64,000 nucleotides of DNA, taken from contig JADFRQ010000011.1 of the NCBI GenBank assembly GCA_022561215.1, forward strand, positions 1,068 to 65,067. Reading direction: 5' to 3'. Numbering within the stretch: position 1 is the stretch's first letter; every line of letters starts with the position of its first letter. Made by a program: the position numbers and the translations under genes. Source of the DNA: Chloroflexota bacterium (GTDB lineage Bacteria > Chloroflexota > Anaerolineae > Anaerolineales > E44-bin32). Under the pieces are notes generated by a model. It saw only the letters and a list, made by a program, of their open reading frames with translations, did not search any database and was not told the origin of the DNA. Below, in pieces: positions 1-9,264 of this stretch.

Positions 1-145
1 AGTGCCTCGGTTTGCCAGGTAATATTCCCCTTTTCGTGTAATACCCCGTCAAATAATCTCAAATCAATCAATATGAATTGGCAACGATCTTGCACAGCCA
101 TGCGCAATAAATCGTCCAACAGTATAATCCTCCCGTTCAATCAAA

Positions 146-2083
146 ATGATAAGGCGGGTGTCGGTGGAGGATCTACCAGAAGAAAAACCTTATTTTCGGG
201 TATCTGCCAAAAGATATCGCAAATCCTCTCGTCCAATAGTATTTCTTGTGATTTCATCCGTCTTGTCCGTTGCTGCGATTAGCTGGATGGCGAGCAACTA
301 TGGGGGGTTCGCACGCGCGGAAGATGTCATCGCGGAGCGCCCGCAAGTTGAACTTGCTGCCATTGCAACGGATACCCCGCGGCCAACATCGAGCCCATCC
401 GCCGTTCCATTGGAAGAGCCGACGATTGCAAACACCTCCGTAATCCCTCCATCCGAGTTGCCCTTTGGGTCAATCGTATTCGATGGTCGCAAACTGGGTT
501 ACAGCCATCTATGGTATTACCTCCCTGGCGAGCTCAGCGCGCGCCAAATCACCAATGGGAATTGGGATGATCGTCATCCCGCCTTTAGCCCCGATGGAAG
601 TTCAATAGCTTTTGCTTCTCATCAGAATGGCAATTGGGACCTCTATCTGCTTCAAGCCGAAACTGGTGAAGTTCGCAGGCTGACAGCGACATTGGGATTT
701 GAGAGCAGGCCTGCATGGTCCCCGGATGGCCAATGGCTGGCGTACGAGGCTTATTACGAAGGAAATTACGACATTTGGATATTGCCGCTCGACGAAGAAC
801 AGGAGCCATTTCGATTGACGTCGCATCCCGGGGTGGACCGCTCTCCATCCTGGAGTTCAGATGGGCGGAGCATCGCCTTTATTTCCAATCGTGAGAATAA
901 TTTCGACCTTTTTTTGGCGGACCTTGACGCGGTAGATGATCGCTTTACGAATCTCACACGTTCGTCCGAGATCGAAGAAAGTATGCCAAGATTTGAGCCC
1001 GATGGCACACGGCTCGCGTTTGTAGCAAATTCGGATGGCAGCAACCAAGTCTTTATAATGGATCTCAATGAAGCGGGACGCAATGCCAAGGTTATAGGTC
1101 CTGGTGACTACGCCGTTTGGTCACCGGACGGTTTATCATTGGCCATACTTCAAAATCGCGCTTATGAGAGTTATCTCGTGAGCTATAACATCAATGCAAT
1201 AGGAATTCCCCCGCTTGGCTTAGCAGTCGACGGTACAGTCTTGGGTATCGACTGGAACGGAGAGAGGTTTCGTTTTGTTACCAACCCAATTAATAACATC
1301 GAATCACTGTACGAAAGAATTGTGCAAACGCCGATCGCGCAAGGACGTTATTCCGTAATCCGCTTGCCGAATCTTTCAGCGCCAAATCCATTTCTTTCGG
1401 ATTTAGCGAATGAAGCGTTTCAGGCATTACGAGAGCGTACGATTCAAGAAGTAGGTTGGGATTTGCTTGGAAATCTAGACGGAGTATTGGTGGGCATTAA
1501 CGATCCCCTTCCTCCTGGATTTGCCTTTAATGACTGGCTTTACACAGGCCGAGCATTTGCCATCAGTGAAGCGATTGTTGGGGCTGGGTGGGTTGAAGTT
1601 CAGCGTGAGAACATCTTTGGACAAACCTATTGGCGCCTCTATGTGCGCGCACGCTTTCAAGATGGTTCGCAAGGTGAACCCCTTCAAACAATACCTTGGG
1701 ATTTTTCTGGAAGGGAAAGTGGCGATCCGGTAATTTATGATCAAGGTGGCTCCTATCAAGAGAGCGTGCCAAAGGGCTACTATATTGACTTCACAGCTCT
1801 GGCCAGTGATTTCGGGTTTTTGCGCCAGCCGGCGCTTTCAAATTGGCGAACCTATTACGCGGGCACACGTTATAAGGAATTCGCACTCATGGATGGATTA
1901 AGCTGGGAGGAAGCAATGCTCCAAATCTATCCATCATTCGCCATCATCACGCCCACGCCCTTTCAAACTCCAACGAAAACACCCACCCGCACCCCCCGGC
2001 CGACGAACACGCCCTGGTGGATTAAAACAAACACGCCTACACCATCGCAAACGTCCACGCCAACGCCTACAACGAAACCATGA
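146..2083 (+). CDS. TolB-like PD40 beta-propeller repeat protein with N-terminal membrane anchor, an unassigned C-terminal domain and a Pro/Thr-rich tail
   Basis: Repeated PD40/TolB signatures: FSPDGSSIAFASHQNGNWDLYLL, WSPDGQWLAYEAYYEGNYDIWILP, PSWSSDGRSIAFISNRENNFDLFLADL, FEPDGTRLAFVANSDGSNQVFIMDL. Hydrophobic anchor IVFLVISSVLSVAAISWMA. PT-rich C-terminus. Exact start uncertain. Confidence 0.75.
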   Translation: MIRRVSVEDLPEEKPYFRVSAKRYRKSSRPIVFLVISSVLSVAAISWMASNYGGFARAEDVIAERPQVELAAIATDTPRPTSSPSAVPLEEPTIANTSVIPPSELPFGSIVFDGRKLGYSHLWYYLPGELSARQITNGNWDDRHPAFSPDGSSIAFASHQNGNWDLYLLQAETGEVRRLTATLGFESRPAWSPDGQWLAYEAYYEGNYDIWILPLDEEQEPFRLTSHPGVDRSPSWSSDGRSIAFISNRENNFDLFLADLDAVDDRFTNLTRSSEIEESMPRFEPDGTRLAFVANSDGSNQVFIMDLNEAGRNAKVIGPGDYAVWSPDGLSLAILQNRAYESYLVSYNINAIGIPPLGLAVDGTVLGIDWNGERFRFVTNPINNIESLYERIVQTPIAQGRYSVIRLPNLSAPNPFLSDLANEAFQALRERTIQEVGWDLLGNLDGVLVGINDPLPPGFAFNDWLYTGRAFAISEAIVGAGWVEVQRENIFGQTYWRLYVRARFQDGSQGEPLQTIPWDFSGRESGDPVIYDQGGSYQESVPKGYYIDFTALASDFGFLRQPALSNWRTYYAGTRYKEFALMDGLSWEEAMLQIYPSFAIITPTPFQTPTKTPTRTPRPTNTPWWIKTNTPTPSQTSTPTPTTKP

Positions 2084-3174
2084 AACAACACACTTGGCAA
2101 TTGCTGACAGCGCTCATGGGTCTGGCCGCATTAATTGCGGGATGTTCTCCTCAATCTTCCGAGCCAACGCAATTGGAGCCCACGGCGACAAAAGCGCCGT
2201 CCACTGGGGTTGTGGCCACTGCGGTTCCTGAAGTAGCAACCCAGGATGAGATCGATCAATTGCTCACTGATCTTCAGGCGACACCTGTGCGTTTTGTGTT
2301 TCCGACGCCGGATCCGCGTACTGGTCCTGACTGGAGGCCACCACCCTACGATGTTCCTCTGGCGCTGAGACCAGAAGATCATTTTTATTTTCGAAGACCG
2401 ATACCATCCAATAATGTTAATTGGCCCGATCCCACCTATCGTTATGGAAGTACCTTTTTTGGTGATCTCTCCATTCATACTGGCGTTGATATCGGCGCTG
2501 ATCGGGGCGTACCGGTATTGGCCGCTGGGCCGGGCGAAGTGGTCTGGACAGGTTTCGGCCTCTATCGTGGAATAGAGGATCCGGACGATCCATACGGTCT
2601 CGCGGTTTCCATCCGGCATGATTTTGGACATGCCGGCAAAAGGCTCTATACAGTTTATGCTCATATGGATTCGGTCGATGTTTGGCTGGGCCAGATGGTT
2701 GTCGCTGGCGAGAAAATTGGAACCGTCGGGGATACTGGCCAAGCAAGCGGGCCACACTTGCATTTTGAAGTCAGGCTGGGAAGAAACGATTTCTTTGGTT
2801 CGAGAAATCCTGAGCTGTGGATGGCTCCACCGGAGGGATATTCGGTCCTTGCAGGCCAAATAACCAATACCTACGGTGTGCCACTTACCGAACAACTTAT
2901 TCAGATAAAAAATATCGAAACCGGGCAGCGGTGGGATGTGTGGACTTATCTGCAAACACTTGCCAACCCCGACGAGCGTTATCTAGAAAATTTTGTTATC
3001 AGTGATCTGCCAGCAGGGCCCTATGAAATTCGTGTCGATTATTTTGGTCTGAAGTTCATTACGCAGCTTTTGCTCGATCCGGGCAGGACCAATATCCTTA
3101 ATTTTAGAGGTTGGGATGGGTTTGAATATGAAAGCGATATTGATTCCCAGAATCAGCTAATTCCCCCTTATTAA
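2080..3174 (+). CDS. M23 (LytM) family metallopeptidase, lipoprotein
   Basis: Lipobox-type signal LAALIAGCSP. M23 motifs HTGVDIGADRGVPVLAAGPGEV and GPHLHFEVRLG. ATGA start/stop overlap with the upstream gene. Confidence 0.85.
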   Translation: MKQHTWQLLTALMGLAALIAGCSPQSSEPTQLEPTATKAPSTGVVATAVPEVATQDEIDQLLTDLQATPVRFVFPTPDPRTGPDWRPPPYDVPLALRPEDHFYFRRPIPSNNVNWPDPTYRYGSTFFGDLSIHTGVDIGADRGVPVLAAGPGEVVWTGFGLYRGIEDPDDPYGLAVSIRHDFGHAGKRLYTVYAHMDSVDVWLGQMVVAGEKIGTVGDTGQASGPHLHFEVRLGRNDFFGSRNPELWMAPPEGYSVLAGQITNTYGVPLTEQLIQIKNIETGQRWDVWTYLQTLANPDERYLENFVISDLPAGPYEIRVDYFGLKFITQLLLDPGRTNILNFRGWDGFEYESDIDSQNQLIPPY

Positions 3175-3206
3175 ACTCGAAATAGGCAAAATTATGTAAA
3201 GTAACC

Positions 3207-3236
3207 TTGACAGTGCTGCTATCATCGTGCTATCCT
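3207..3236 (+). promoter_or_regulatory. Putative sigma-70-type promoter (TTGACA, 18 nt spacer, TATCCT)
   Basis: TTGACA at 3207-3212 and TATCCT at 3231-3236, about 95 nt upstream of the MBL hydrolase start. Sequence match only. Confidence 0.3.
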
Positions 3237-3331
3237 TGCGCCCACCGCAAGTTCATTTTGAGAGTGGCGAAAATTCTAATCCCTCGATGGAACGTGAAAC
3301 ATAACAACAAACAAACGGCCCTGGAGGGCGG

Positions 3332-4171
3332 ATGATTCGCGAACGAGTTGCAGATGATGTATATATTTTCACGAGCGAAGTTTACGCCCGCGTTAATGCT
3401 GGAGCGGTGATTGGCCCCGAGTGGTCCATCTTGATCGACACACTCGCCTACCCGGAAGAATCAATTGAAATCCGTGACTTTATCGAAAATCGACTAGGGA
3501 GCCCTATCCGTTATTTGGTAAACACACATTACCATGCGGATCATAGCTTGGGTAATTGCTGGTTCCCGAATGCGATTCATATCGGCCATGAGTTATGTCG
3601 ACAGCTTCTTGACACCAGGGGCAGAGAGGCGTTGAAATCCGCAAAAGATCATAATCGAGACCTCGCTAAAGTAGAAATTGTACTGCCGGATATAACCTTC
3701 GAAGATGGAGGATTGGCATTACGCACCGGAAAACGCACCCTCATGCTTTTCTCTCTACCTGGGCATAGCGTCGATGGAATTGGGGTGCTGCTTGTCGAAG
3801 ATAAAATATTGTTTTCTGGGGACATCATGATGCCGCTGCCTTATCTAATCGACGGCGATTTGGATACGATGGTTCAGAGCTTGAAACAGATTCCTAAACT
3901 AAAGCTGGAGAATCTCGTTCAAGGGCATGGGGAGCTCATCCTGCGTGGCGAAATTCCGATTGTGGTGAAATCCAATTTAGACTATATCTCAAAGATTAGA
4001 AGTTATGCAAAAAAGGCACTTCGCCGAAAAAACCCGGAGGAATTTCTTGCCGCAGTGAATATTGAAGATTGCGGAAAAAATCGGGTATTGCTGAACGGAC
4101 TTGCAGCAGAACTTCACCATCGCAATCTTTTGGCACTTTATCAACGATACCGGAAAGAGCGAGATGGGTAG
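3332..4171 (+). CDS. MBL-fold metallo-hydrolase
   Basis: Beta-lactamase-fold metal motif NTHYHADHSLGN, with downstream HS..DG and QGHG elements. Confidence 0.85.
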   Translation: MIRERVADDVYIFTSEVYARVNAGAVIGPEWSILIDTLAYPEESIEIRDFIENRLGSPIRYLVNTHYHADHSLGNCWFPNAIHIGHELCRQLLDTRGREALKSAKDHNRDLAKVEIVLPDITFEDGGLALRTGKRTLMLFSLPGHSVDGIGVLLVEDKILFSGDIMMPLPYLIDGDLDTMVQSLKQIPKLKLENLVQGHGELILRGEIPIVVKSNLDYISKIRSYAKKALRRKNPEEFLAAVNIEDCGKNRVLLNGLAAELHHRNLLALYQRYRKERDG

Positions 4172-4204
4172 AGTTTTTATTCGACGTGTGGATGAAAAAC
4201 GAAA

Positions 4205-4606
4205 ATGAAGAACTATACGATCGTTTTTGATGGAGGAAGTAAAGGCAATCCGGGGGAAGCATTCGGTTCATTCTTGATCGTTGAAGAGCAGGGACAATTG
4301 AGGACTCCGGTGCGTCTTCAGCTGGGCTATGCCACAAATAACGAGGCAGAATATTTGAGCCTTCTTTCTGCACTTGAAACATTGCTTGAAGAGTTAAAGG
4401 GAAGAAAAACAAAGCCAAAATCTGCGGCGTTAAAGATCTATGGCGATAGCCAACTGGTTATTAACCAGGTGAACGGTGATTGGAAGGCGAAAAGTTCTAA
4501 AATGAGATCCTATCGCGACAAAATCATCCGCTACCTCATTCGATTTTACAATGTCGAATCAATCCATCAATCAAGAAAAAAAACCGTAAAGATCCTGGGC
4601 CATTGA
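4205..4606 (+). CDS. RNase H family protein (RNase HI-like / RVT_3-type)
   Basis: FDGGSKGNPGEAFGSF, NNEAEYLSLLSALE and IYGDSQLVINQVNGDWKAK match the RNase H fold catalytic D/E/D layout. Confidence 0.7.
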   Translation: MKNYTIVFDGGSKGNPGEAFGSFLIVEEQGQLRTPVRLQLGYATNNEAEYLSLLSALETLLEELKGRKTKPKSAALKIYGDSQLVINQVNGDWKAKSSKMRSYRDKIIRYLIRFYNVESIHQSRKKTVKILGH

Positions 4607-4657
4607 CCCTCCAAATGCCATGTGGCATAATCCGCAAATCATTCCAATACATTAAAA

Positions 4658-4931
4658 GCGAGGACGGAGACGAGTACATCTGAATCGGAATTCAAGCGAA
4701 CTCGGGATGGTGGAAGCCGAGGAAAACCATCAGATTGAAAATCACTCCTGAGCAGCGACCTGAACAAGGAGCACTCCTTAACTAAGGAAGACGGGATCAC
4801 TCGCCGTTATCAAGAGTGGGGGTATTCGCGGTAGCGCCAGTACCTCACAAAGTGCCCATATTTTTTTGGGTATCAGGGTGGTACCGCGGGATAATTAAAT
4901 GCTCTCGTCCCTGAATGGGGCGAGAGATTTT
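4658..4931 (+). promoter_or_regulatory. T-box riboswitch leader, Ile specifier (AUC)
   Basis: Stem I spans 4658-4753, closed by AGGA/TCCT, with a GA/S-turn element GAGACGAGTA. Distal helix CTCGG/CCGAG carries loop GATGGTGGAAG. Specifier loop GAAA-ATC-A has ATC at 4741-4743. Conserved T-box sequence AGGGTGGTACCGCGG lies at 4875-4889. A terminator hairpin follows. Confidence 0.85.
4902..4931 (+). terminator. T-box expression-platform terminator hairpin
   Basis: 10-bp stem CTCTCGTCCC (4902-4911) / GGGGCGAGAG (4917-4926) with one G-U pair, loop TGAAT, then A-TTTT. Confidence 0.65.
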
Positions 4932-4950
4932 GATTCTAATCGGAGGATAT

Positions 4951-5190
4951 TTGATAACGGAACGACTGTGCCACAACGATGCAAACCGCAATCATTTCCA
5001 AGCGCATGTTGTGAAAACCGACGGCGATGCCATCCTCCTGAATCAGACAGCTTTTTATCCGGGAGGAGGAGGCCAGCCGGAAGATTTTGGTTTGATTCGA
5101 AACACAGCTGATATTGGCCGGATAAAAATTATAGAATTCAAGAGCAAGGGGAAAATCAATAAGCGTATCGTTATCTCCCTGGAGGTCTGA
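4951..5190 (+). CDS. AlaX-M-like N-terminal beta-barrel domain mini-protein (79 aa), or a gene remnant
   Basis: The ITERLCHNDANRNHFQAHVVKTDGDAILLNQTAFYPGGGGQPEDFGLI pattern matches the N-terminus of AlaX-M/L trans-editing proteins (L-Y-x-D-x-Y ... LD-x-T-x-FYP-x-GGGQP-x-D-x-G). GGAGG at 4942-4946 precedes TTG 4951. The ATG at 4915 lies inside the terminator stem. The stop is 2 nt before the ileS ATG. Confidence 0.5.
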   Translation: MITERLCHNDANRNHFQAHVVKTDGDAILLNQTAFYPGGGGQPEDFGLIRNTADIGRIKIIEFKSKGKINKRIVISLEV

Positions 5191-5192
5191 GG

Positions 5193-8100
5193 ATGGGCGC
5201 AATGTTTAAACCTGTTTCCAATAAGATCGATTTTATAGCGCAGGAACACAACATTTTGGAATTCTGGAGCAAAATTGGAGCATTTAATAAGCTTCGTCAA
5301 TTGCGGACCCATGCCCCCAGGTGGTCATTCATCGATGGGCCAATAACAGCCAACAATCCCATGGGGGTGCATCATGGCTGGGGACGTACCTACAAAGATC
5401 TTTTCCAGCGATTTAAGGCGATGCAAGGATATCAATTAAGGTATCAAAACGGATTCGATTGCCAGGGACTTTGGGTGGAGGTGGAAGTGGAGCGGGAGTT
5501 GGGCTTCACCTCGAAGCGAGAAATTGAGAAATTTGGCTTGGCGGATTTTGTGCTTATGTGCAAACAACGCGTGCTGAATTATTCTGCAGTCCAGACCGAG
5601 CAAAGCATCCGGCTTGGATTTTGGATGGATTGGAATGCCCCGCAGTTCTTGAGAAAACTTCGTGATCAACTGGGGGAGGATCCTCTCCGGGAAATTTCCG
5701 TAGATGGCCCTCAAGGAAAGGTGACCGATACGGTGGAAGGCATCGTTGGCAGGCTCGGTCTTCCTGAACTGGGTGGCTCGTATTTCACCTTCTCGGATGA
5801 GAACAATTACACCATCTGGACAGTCTTGAAGGCTTGCTTTGATAAAGGCTGGCTGTACAAAGGTCGCGATGTTATGCCATGGTGTTCCAGGTGTGGGACT
5901 GGTCTAAGCCAGCATGAAATTGTCACCGAGGGATATCGCGAGATCACACATGCGAGCATTACATTACGTTTCCCCCTTAAGTCTCGCCCAGGAGAAAACC
6001 TATTGATTTGGACGACAACGCCCTGGACTCTAACCAGCAACGTCGTCGCAGCGGTGGGCCCCGATCTTACCTATGTGCAGGTCCGCCAGGGTGAAGATAC
6101 CTACTATCTGAGTAAGGGAACATTGGGAATGCTCGAAGGTGATTATGAAATACTACGCGAGCTTGAAGGGCGAGAAATGGAGGGCTGGGAATACGAGGGT
6201 CCCTTCGATGAATTACCTGCCCAAATTGATAGCGGAGCTCCAGATGCGCACCGGGTGATCCTGTGGTCGGAAGTCGGCGAAGAGGAAGGAACCGGAATTG
6301 TGCACATTGCGCCGGGGTGCGGTGCGGAGGATTTTAAGCTGGGCAAGGAATTTGGGTTGCCGGTGATTGCTCCGCTGGATGAAAGCGGTGTATTTATAGA
6401 GGGATTCGGATGGTTAAGCGGCAGGAAGGAGCACGGAATTTCGCAGGCAATATTTGATGATCTGAAGCATAAAGCAAAAATTTATAAAATTGAGGATTAC
6501 GTGCACCGCTATCCGGTTTGCTGGCGCTGTTCGGAAGAGCTCGTATTTCGCCTTGTTGATGAATGGTTTATCTCAATGGGTGAGCAACTTGATAAGCCCT
6601 TTGAAGACATTACAGAGCATGAAAAAGAAAAGTACCTGCGCTACCAAATTATGGATGTTGTTGAGCAGGGGACAAATTGGCACCCTTCATTCGGACTTGA
6701 TCGCGAACTCGATTGGCTGCGTAACATGCAGGATTGGATGATTTCAAAGAAACGTTATTGGGGTCTGGCGTTGCCCATCTGGGAATGTAAAAATTGCGGC
6801 CATTTTGATGTGATGGGAAGCAAGAATGAATTGCGCGATCGGGCGATCGAAGGCTGGCAGGAGTTTGAAGGACACTCTCCCCATCGTCCGTACGTCGATG
6901 CGGTGAAGATCGAATGTTCCCATTGTGGTGAACTCGTTAGCCGAATCTCTGAGGTGGGCAATCCCTGGCTCGATGCTGGAATTGTGGCAATGAGCACCAT
7001 GCAATACAACAGTGACAGGGAATATTGGAAGAAATGGTTTCCGGCCAATCTAATCTCGGAAAGTTTTCCGGGCCAGTTTCGAAATTGGTTCTACAGCCTG
7101 CTGGCCATGAGCACGATTTTGGAGCGCAAGTCTCCATTCGAGCATGTCTTTACCTATGCAACCCTTCTCGCTGAAGATGGACGGGCAATGCATAAGTCTT
7201 GGGGAAACTCAATCGAATTTAATGAGGCTGCCGATAAGATGGGTGTGGACGTAATGCGCTGGCTTTACAGCAGCCATAAACCAGAAAAGGATTTGCTTTT
7301 TGGTTACGAGCAAGCAGACGAGATCCGCCGCAAGTTCCTGCTGCCACTATGGAATGTTTATAGTTTCTTTATCACGTATGCCAATATTGATGGCTGGGCT
7401 CCATCCGCGAATAAAGACGTGGAATACAGTCTGCTAGATCGCTGGATCTTATCTCGTTTGCAGGAATTGGTTAGCCGCGTCACCGCGAAATTGGAGGAAT
7501 ATCAGCCTGATGTCGCGACGAATGAAATAAATCATTTTCTGGAAAATTTAAGCAATTGGTATTTGAGGCGCAGTCGAAGGCGTTTTTGGGCGAAAACAGG
7601 CGCCAGCGGCGAATCGGACAGGGATAAGAACGCGGCCTACGAAACGCTGTATCAAGTACTGGAAACTTTGTCCCGTTTGTTGGCACCCTTTGTTCCTTTT
7701 GTGAGCGAGGTAATGTACCAGAATCTTGTGTGCAGCATAAACAAACGTATGCCTGAAAGTGTGCATCATGCGAAGTATCCGAAACCGGATACTGCATTTA
7801 TGGATCAAGAATTGGTACGCGAGATGGAACTGGTACTCCGGCTGGTGTCATTAGGCCATGCGGCACGAAATCGATCCAACGTAAAGGTTCGTCAGCCTCT
7901 TGCGGAAGCAGCATTCTCGGTTGGCATGGCATCCGAGGTGGATGTTGTCGAAAAATACGCTGAGCTGCTGCGCGCAGAACTCAATGTTAAACACATTCGC
8001 ATGCTTGATACGGCTGCGGAAGCAGTCGATTATGTGTTAAAGCCTCTTCCGCGCCAGCTTGGGAGCAAATATGGAGCAAAATTTCCGGCACTTCGATCCG

Positions 8101-8561
8101 CCATTCTGGCGCTTGAACCACAGAAAGCGGCGGAAACACTTCTTGCAAATACGGCGCTTGAGGTTGAAGTCGAAGGGTCGATCATCAACGTTCAACCCGA
8201 TGAAGTTGAAGTGCAGATTGAGGCGCACGCGGGTTTTTCTGTTGCATCAGATGGCGCGTACCTCGCCGCCCTGGTAACCAAACTTTCCCCCGAACTGCAG
8301 AAGGAGGGTTTGGCGCGCGAGGTTGTTCGCCGGGTGCAGGATTTACGCAAACAAGCACAGTTTGTCGTTGACGATCGAATCATTCTACAATACAAGGCCT
8401 CTGATTATCTGGGGGAGGCAATTGCCGAGAACAAGAATTATCTCATGCAAGAGACATTAACTGTCGTCCTTGAAAAACATGCTTCCCCACAAGGTGTTAT
8501 GGTTGCCGAGCATAGCTTTGATAGTGAAAGCCTGATAATCGCCATCCGCAAACACGGCTAG
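5193..8561 (+). CDS. ileS: Isoleucine--tRNA ligase (long, type-2-like form)
   Basis: 1122 aa. HIGH-region PMGVHHGWGR, KMSKS-like AMHKSWGNS, Zn-ribbon Cys pairs CWRC and CKNCGH...CSHCG, and CP1 editing region. Preceded by an Ile T-box. Confidence 0.97.
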   Translation: MGAMFKPVSNKIDFIAQEHNILEFWSKIGAFNKLRQLRTHAPRWSFIDGPITANNPMGVHHGWGRTYKDLFQRFKAMQGYQLRYQNGFDCQGLWVEVEVERELGFTSKREIEKFGLADFVLMCKQRVLNYSAVQTEQSIRLGFWMDWNAPQFLRKLRDQLGEDPLREISVDGPQGKVTDTVEGIVGRLGLPELGGSYFTFSDENNYTIWTVLKACFDKGWLYKGRDVMPWCSRCGTGLSQHEIVTEGYREITHASITLRFPLKSRPGENLLIWTTTPWTLTSNVVAAVGPDLTYVQVRQGEDTYYLSKGTLGMLEGDYEILRELEGREMEGWEYEGPFDELPAQIDSGAPDAHRVILWSEVGEEEGTGIVHIAPGCGAEDFKLGKEFGLPVIAPLDESGVFIEGFGWLSGRKEHGISQAIFDDLKHKAKIYKIEDYVHRYPVCWRCSEELVFRLVDEWFISMGEQLDKPFEDITEHEKEKYLRYQIMDVVEQGTNWHPSFGLDRELDWLRNMQDWMISKKRYWGLALPIWECKNCGHFDVMGSKNELRDRAIEGWQEFEGHSPHRPYVDAVKIECSHCGELVSRISEVGNPWLDAGIVAMSTMQYNSDREYWKKWFPANLISESFPGQFRNWFYSLLAMSTILERKSPFEHVFTYATLLAEDGRAMHKSWGNSIEFNEAADKMGVDVMRWLYSSHKPEKDLLFGYEQADEIRRKFLLPLWNVYSFFITYANIDGWAPSANKDVEYSLLDRWILSRLQELVSRVTAKLEEYQPDVATNEINHFLENLSNWYLRRSRRRFWAKTGASGESDRDKNAAYETLYQVLETLSRLLAPFVPFVSEVMYQNLVCSINKRMPESVHHAKYPKPDTAFMDQELVREMELVLRLVSLGHAARNRSNVKVRQPLAEAAFSVGMASEVDVVEKYAELLRAELNVKHIRMLDTAAEAVDYVLKPLPRQLGSKYGAKFPALRSAILALEPQKAAETLLANTALEVEVEGSIINVQPDEVEVQIEAHAGFSVASDGAYLAALVTKLSPELQKEGLAREVVRRVQDLRKQAQFVVDDRIILQYKASDYLGEAIAENKNYLMQETLTVVLEKHASPQGVMVAEHSFDSESLIIAIRKHG

Positions 8562-8694
8562 GGCCGCAAGGACGTATGGCTTGATTAGGGGTAGAACTTC
8601 AAATTTCAATTGTGCAAGATGGCTGCATTCCGCGATGGATGGGCATGCGCAAGATTAGCTTGACGCAGTAGAATCCGGACTCAAATTTAGGCGG

Positions 8695-9264
8695 GTGAAG
8701 AGTATGGCAACTATATTCAATATTGTGCGCAAATATATCCCACTGGCCTTAATCGCCGGAGTTGTCGTTGGCCTCGATCAATGGTCAAAAGACATTGTTC
8801 GCACAAACCTGGAATTTGGGGAATCGATCACTCCTTTTCCAATTATCGCCCCAATCTTTCGCATCATTCATTGGAAAAATACTGGCGCGGCTTTCGGCAT
8901 ATTCCCTCAAGCAGGCCTCATCTTCACCGCCGTCGCCGTCATTGTGGCGCTAGCGATCGTTTACTATTGGCCGCGAATTACAAAGGATCAGGTCGCACTA
9001 AAGCTGGCGCTGGCGCTGCAATTAGGTGGCGCATTGGGGAATTTAATTTCTCGCCTATCCGTCGGCGTGGTAACGGATATTTTTGCGGTGGGGAAATTCC
9101 CTGTCTTTAATGTTGCTGATTCGAGTATTTTCATCGGCGTTGTTGTCTTAATTGTCGCAACCTGGTGGGAAGAAAAACAGGCCAAGGCGGATGCGCAAAA
9201 AGAGAAAGACGGCACCCCCGAAAACCACGTAATGGGTCCCTCAGAAGTGGACACCAATGCGTGA
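8695..9264 (+). CDS. lspA: Lipoprotein signal peptidase II
   Basis: Four TM segments with conserved NTGAAFG and FNVADSSIFIGVVVLI motifs. Start could be GTG 8695 or ATG 8704. Confidence 0.9.
   Translation: MKSMATIFNIVRKYIPLALIAGVVVGLDQWSKDIVRTNLEFGESITPFPIIAPIFRIIHWKNTGAAFGIFPQAGLIFTAVAVIVALAIVYYWPRITKDQVALKLALALQLGGALGNLISRLSVGVVTDIFAVGKFPVFNVADSSIFIGVVVLIVATWWEEKQAKADAQKEKDGTPENHVMGPSEVDTNA

Noticed and set aside
2131-2955. 274-aa minus-strand ORF
   Set aside because: It is fully antisense to the M23 peptidase gene, which has clear motifs. The ORF is Arg/Ser/Pro-rich with no motif, so it is a shadow ORF.
4915-4950. ATG at 4915 as the start of the AlaX-like mini-ORF (91-aa version in the ORF track)
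   Set aside because: This ATG lies inside the 3' arm and loop of the T-box terminator hairpin and has no SD. The homology to AlaX-M begins at the in-frame TTG 4951, which follows GGAGG, so I chose the shorter model.
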